Assembly (NCBI RefSeq): GCF_006345805.1
Contig: NC_043019.1
Location: 22,629,360-22,693,359 of the forward strand
Direction of reading: 5' to 3'
Origin: Octopus sinensis
Taxonomy: Eukaryota
DNA length: 64,000 nucleotides
Below, piece by piece: positions 62,899-64,000 of this stretch (position 1 is the stretch's first letter; each line of letters starts with the position of its first letter). The notes under the pieces were generated by a model, which worked only from the letters and a program-made list of their open reading frames with translations, did no database searches and was not told the DNA's origin. The position numbers and the translations under genes were made by a program.

Positions 62899-64000
62899 TG
62901 GTTGGCCAAAAAATGTATTCAACTTTTGTCAACACAAAATTTCAAGCAATTTAATACATAGCCAACTTCAGGCCATCTCCTGCACATGTGCACCTGTTGG
63001 ATACTTGACACTTCAGCATAGTTTGATGCTAACTTTTGATGAGACAGGTTGTATTTTTTGTGTGCTTGGGATCACCATGAAAATGGAGAACCAAAAGGAA
63101 CATCGTCACCTCAGACATTTTTTTTTTTATTTTAAGAAAAGCAAGAAAGCAGCAGAAAGCTATGTGCTCTTTACAGAGAGGACAGCGTTACAGAACATCT
63201 GCCAAAAGTGGTTTTCAAGATTTCAATCAGATGCACCTTGCTCTGGTTAACCAACTGAGATTAACAGCAACAAAATAAAGAGAGTTGACATCAACCCTCA
63301 TTATATGACAAGGATTAGTGCAAATATTCTTCAAATATCCAAATCAAGTGTTGAAAACCATCTGCATCAACCTGATTAAGTCAGCAGTTGAATAAGGTTA
63401 AGCTCAACCAATAGATTTCCATCTGCAATTCATTGCAGAGAAACAATGAAAACTATTATTTTTTAAAGAGCATTGTTACTGGGGATGGAAAATGGACTGT
63501 TTATAACAATGTGAAGTGCAAATGACCATAGGGAAATGCAGCAAACCACCATAAACATCCTTCAAAGCAGGACATTACCTGAAGAAGGTTATGCTTTCAA
63601 TTTGGTAGGTTTGAAAGGGTGTTGTCTCTTATGAGCTTTTTCCCCCCACAGACAGGACCATCAGTTCAGATGTGTACTGTGACCAGCTAGACAAACTGAA
63701 TGCAGTGATTCACCAGAAACATCTGGCACTTGCCAATTGTAAGGGCATTGGTGTTCTTCATGACAATGCCAGACTGCACACTTCTTTACAGCCATGGCAG
63801 AAGTTACTGGAGATTGGCTGGGAAGTTTTGCAGCAGCCTCCATATTCACCCAACCGTGTGCCTTCAGATTTCCACATGTTTTAGTCTCTTCACAGTTCAC
63901 TGAATGGACAAACCTTCAACTCTGAAGAGGGTGTAAAAATTCACCTGGACTACTGAAGACAGAAAATTCTTTAAGCAGGGAATAATGGATTTGTAAACAA
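62897..64000 (+). mobile_element. Second decayed mariner (DD34D), runs off the window end
   Basis: MENQKEH...FYFKK N-terminus (63077 on), TGDGKW, HDNARLH-34-D with YSP motif; multiple stops and frameshifts. Confidence 0.85.

Overview
AT-rich, microsatellite- and SINE-dense animal genomic DNA. It looks most like an octopus (coleoid cephalopod) genome, inferred from the SINE families, not from a database search. The only convincing host coding sequence is a ~4.47 kb minus-strand, probably terminal exon (53216-57689). It encodes ~1490 aa of acidic/Ser-rich, probably disordered protein that I do not recognise. The rest is mostly repeats: several tRNA-derived SINE families (informal labels A, B, C, E, F, G, H), three decayed mariner elements, a piggyBac transposase remnant with TTAA-type MITEs, two non-autonomous Helitrons, two R4/Dong-type endonuclease fragments, a probable solo LTR, minisatellites and near-identical tandem duplications. 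The most interesting signal is four different minimal type-I hammerhead-ribozyme-like motifs, each with a non-canonical catalytic core (10.8, 31.5, 44.3, 61.2 kb). Three lie in short (TA)n-flanked inserts, two of them fold-backs, resembling Penelope-like element termini. The fourth starts a ~215 nt, heavily hairpinned, retrozyme-like unit. Several other long palindromes are also present. Boundaries of degenerate repeats were read by eye and are approximate (about +/-10-20 bp).
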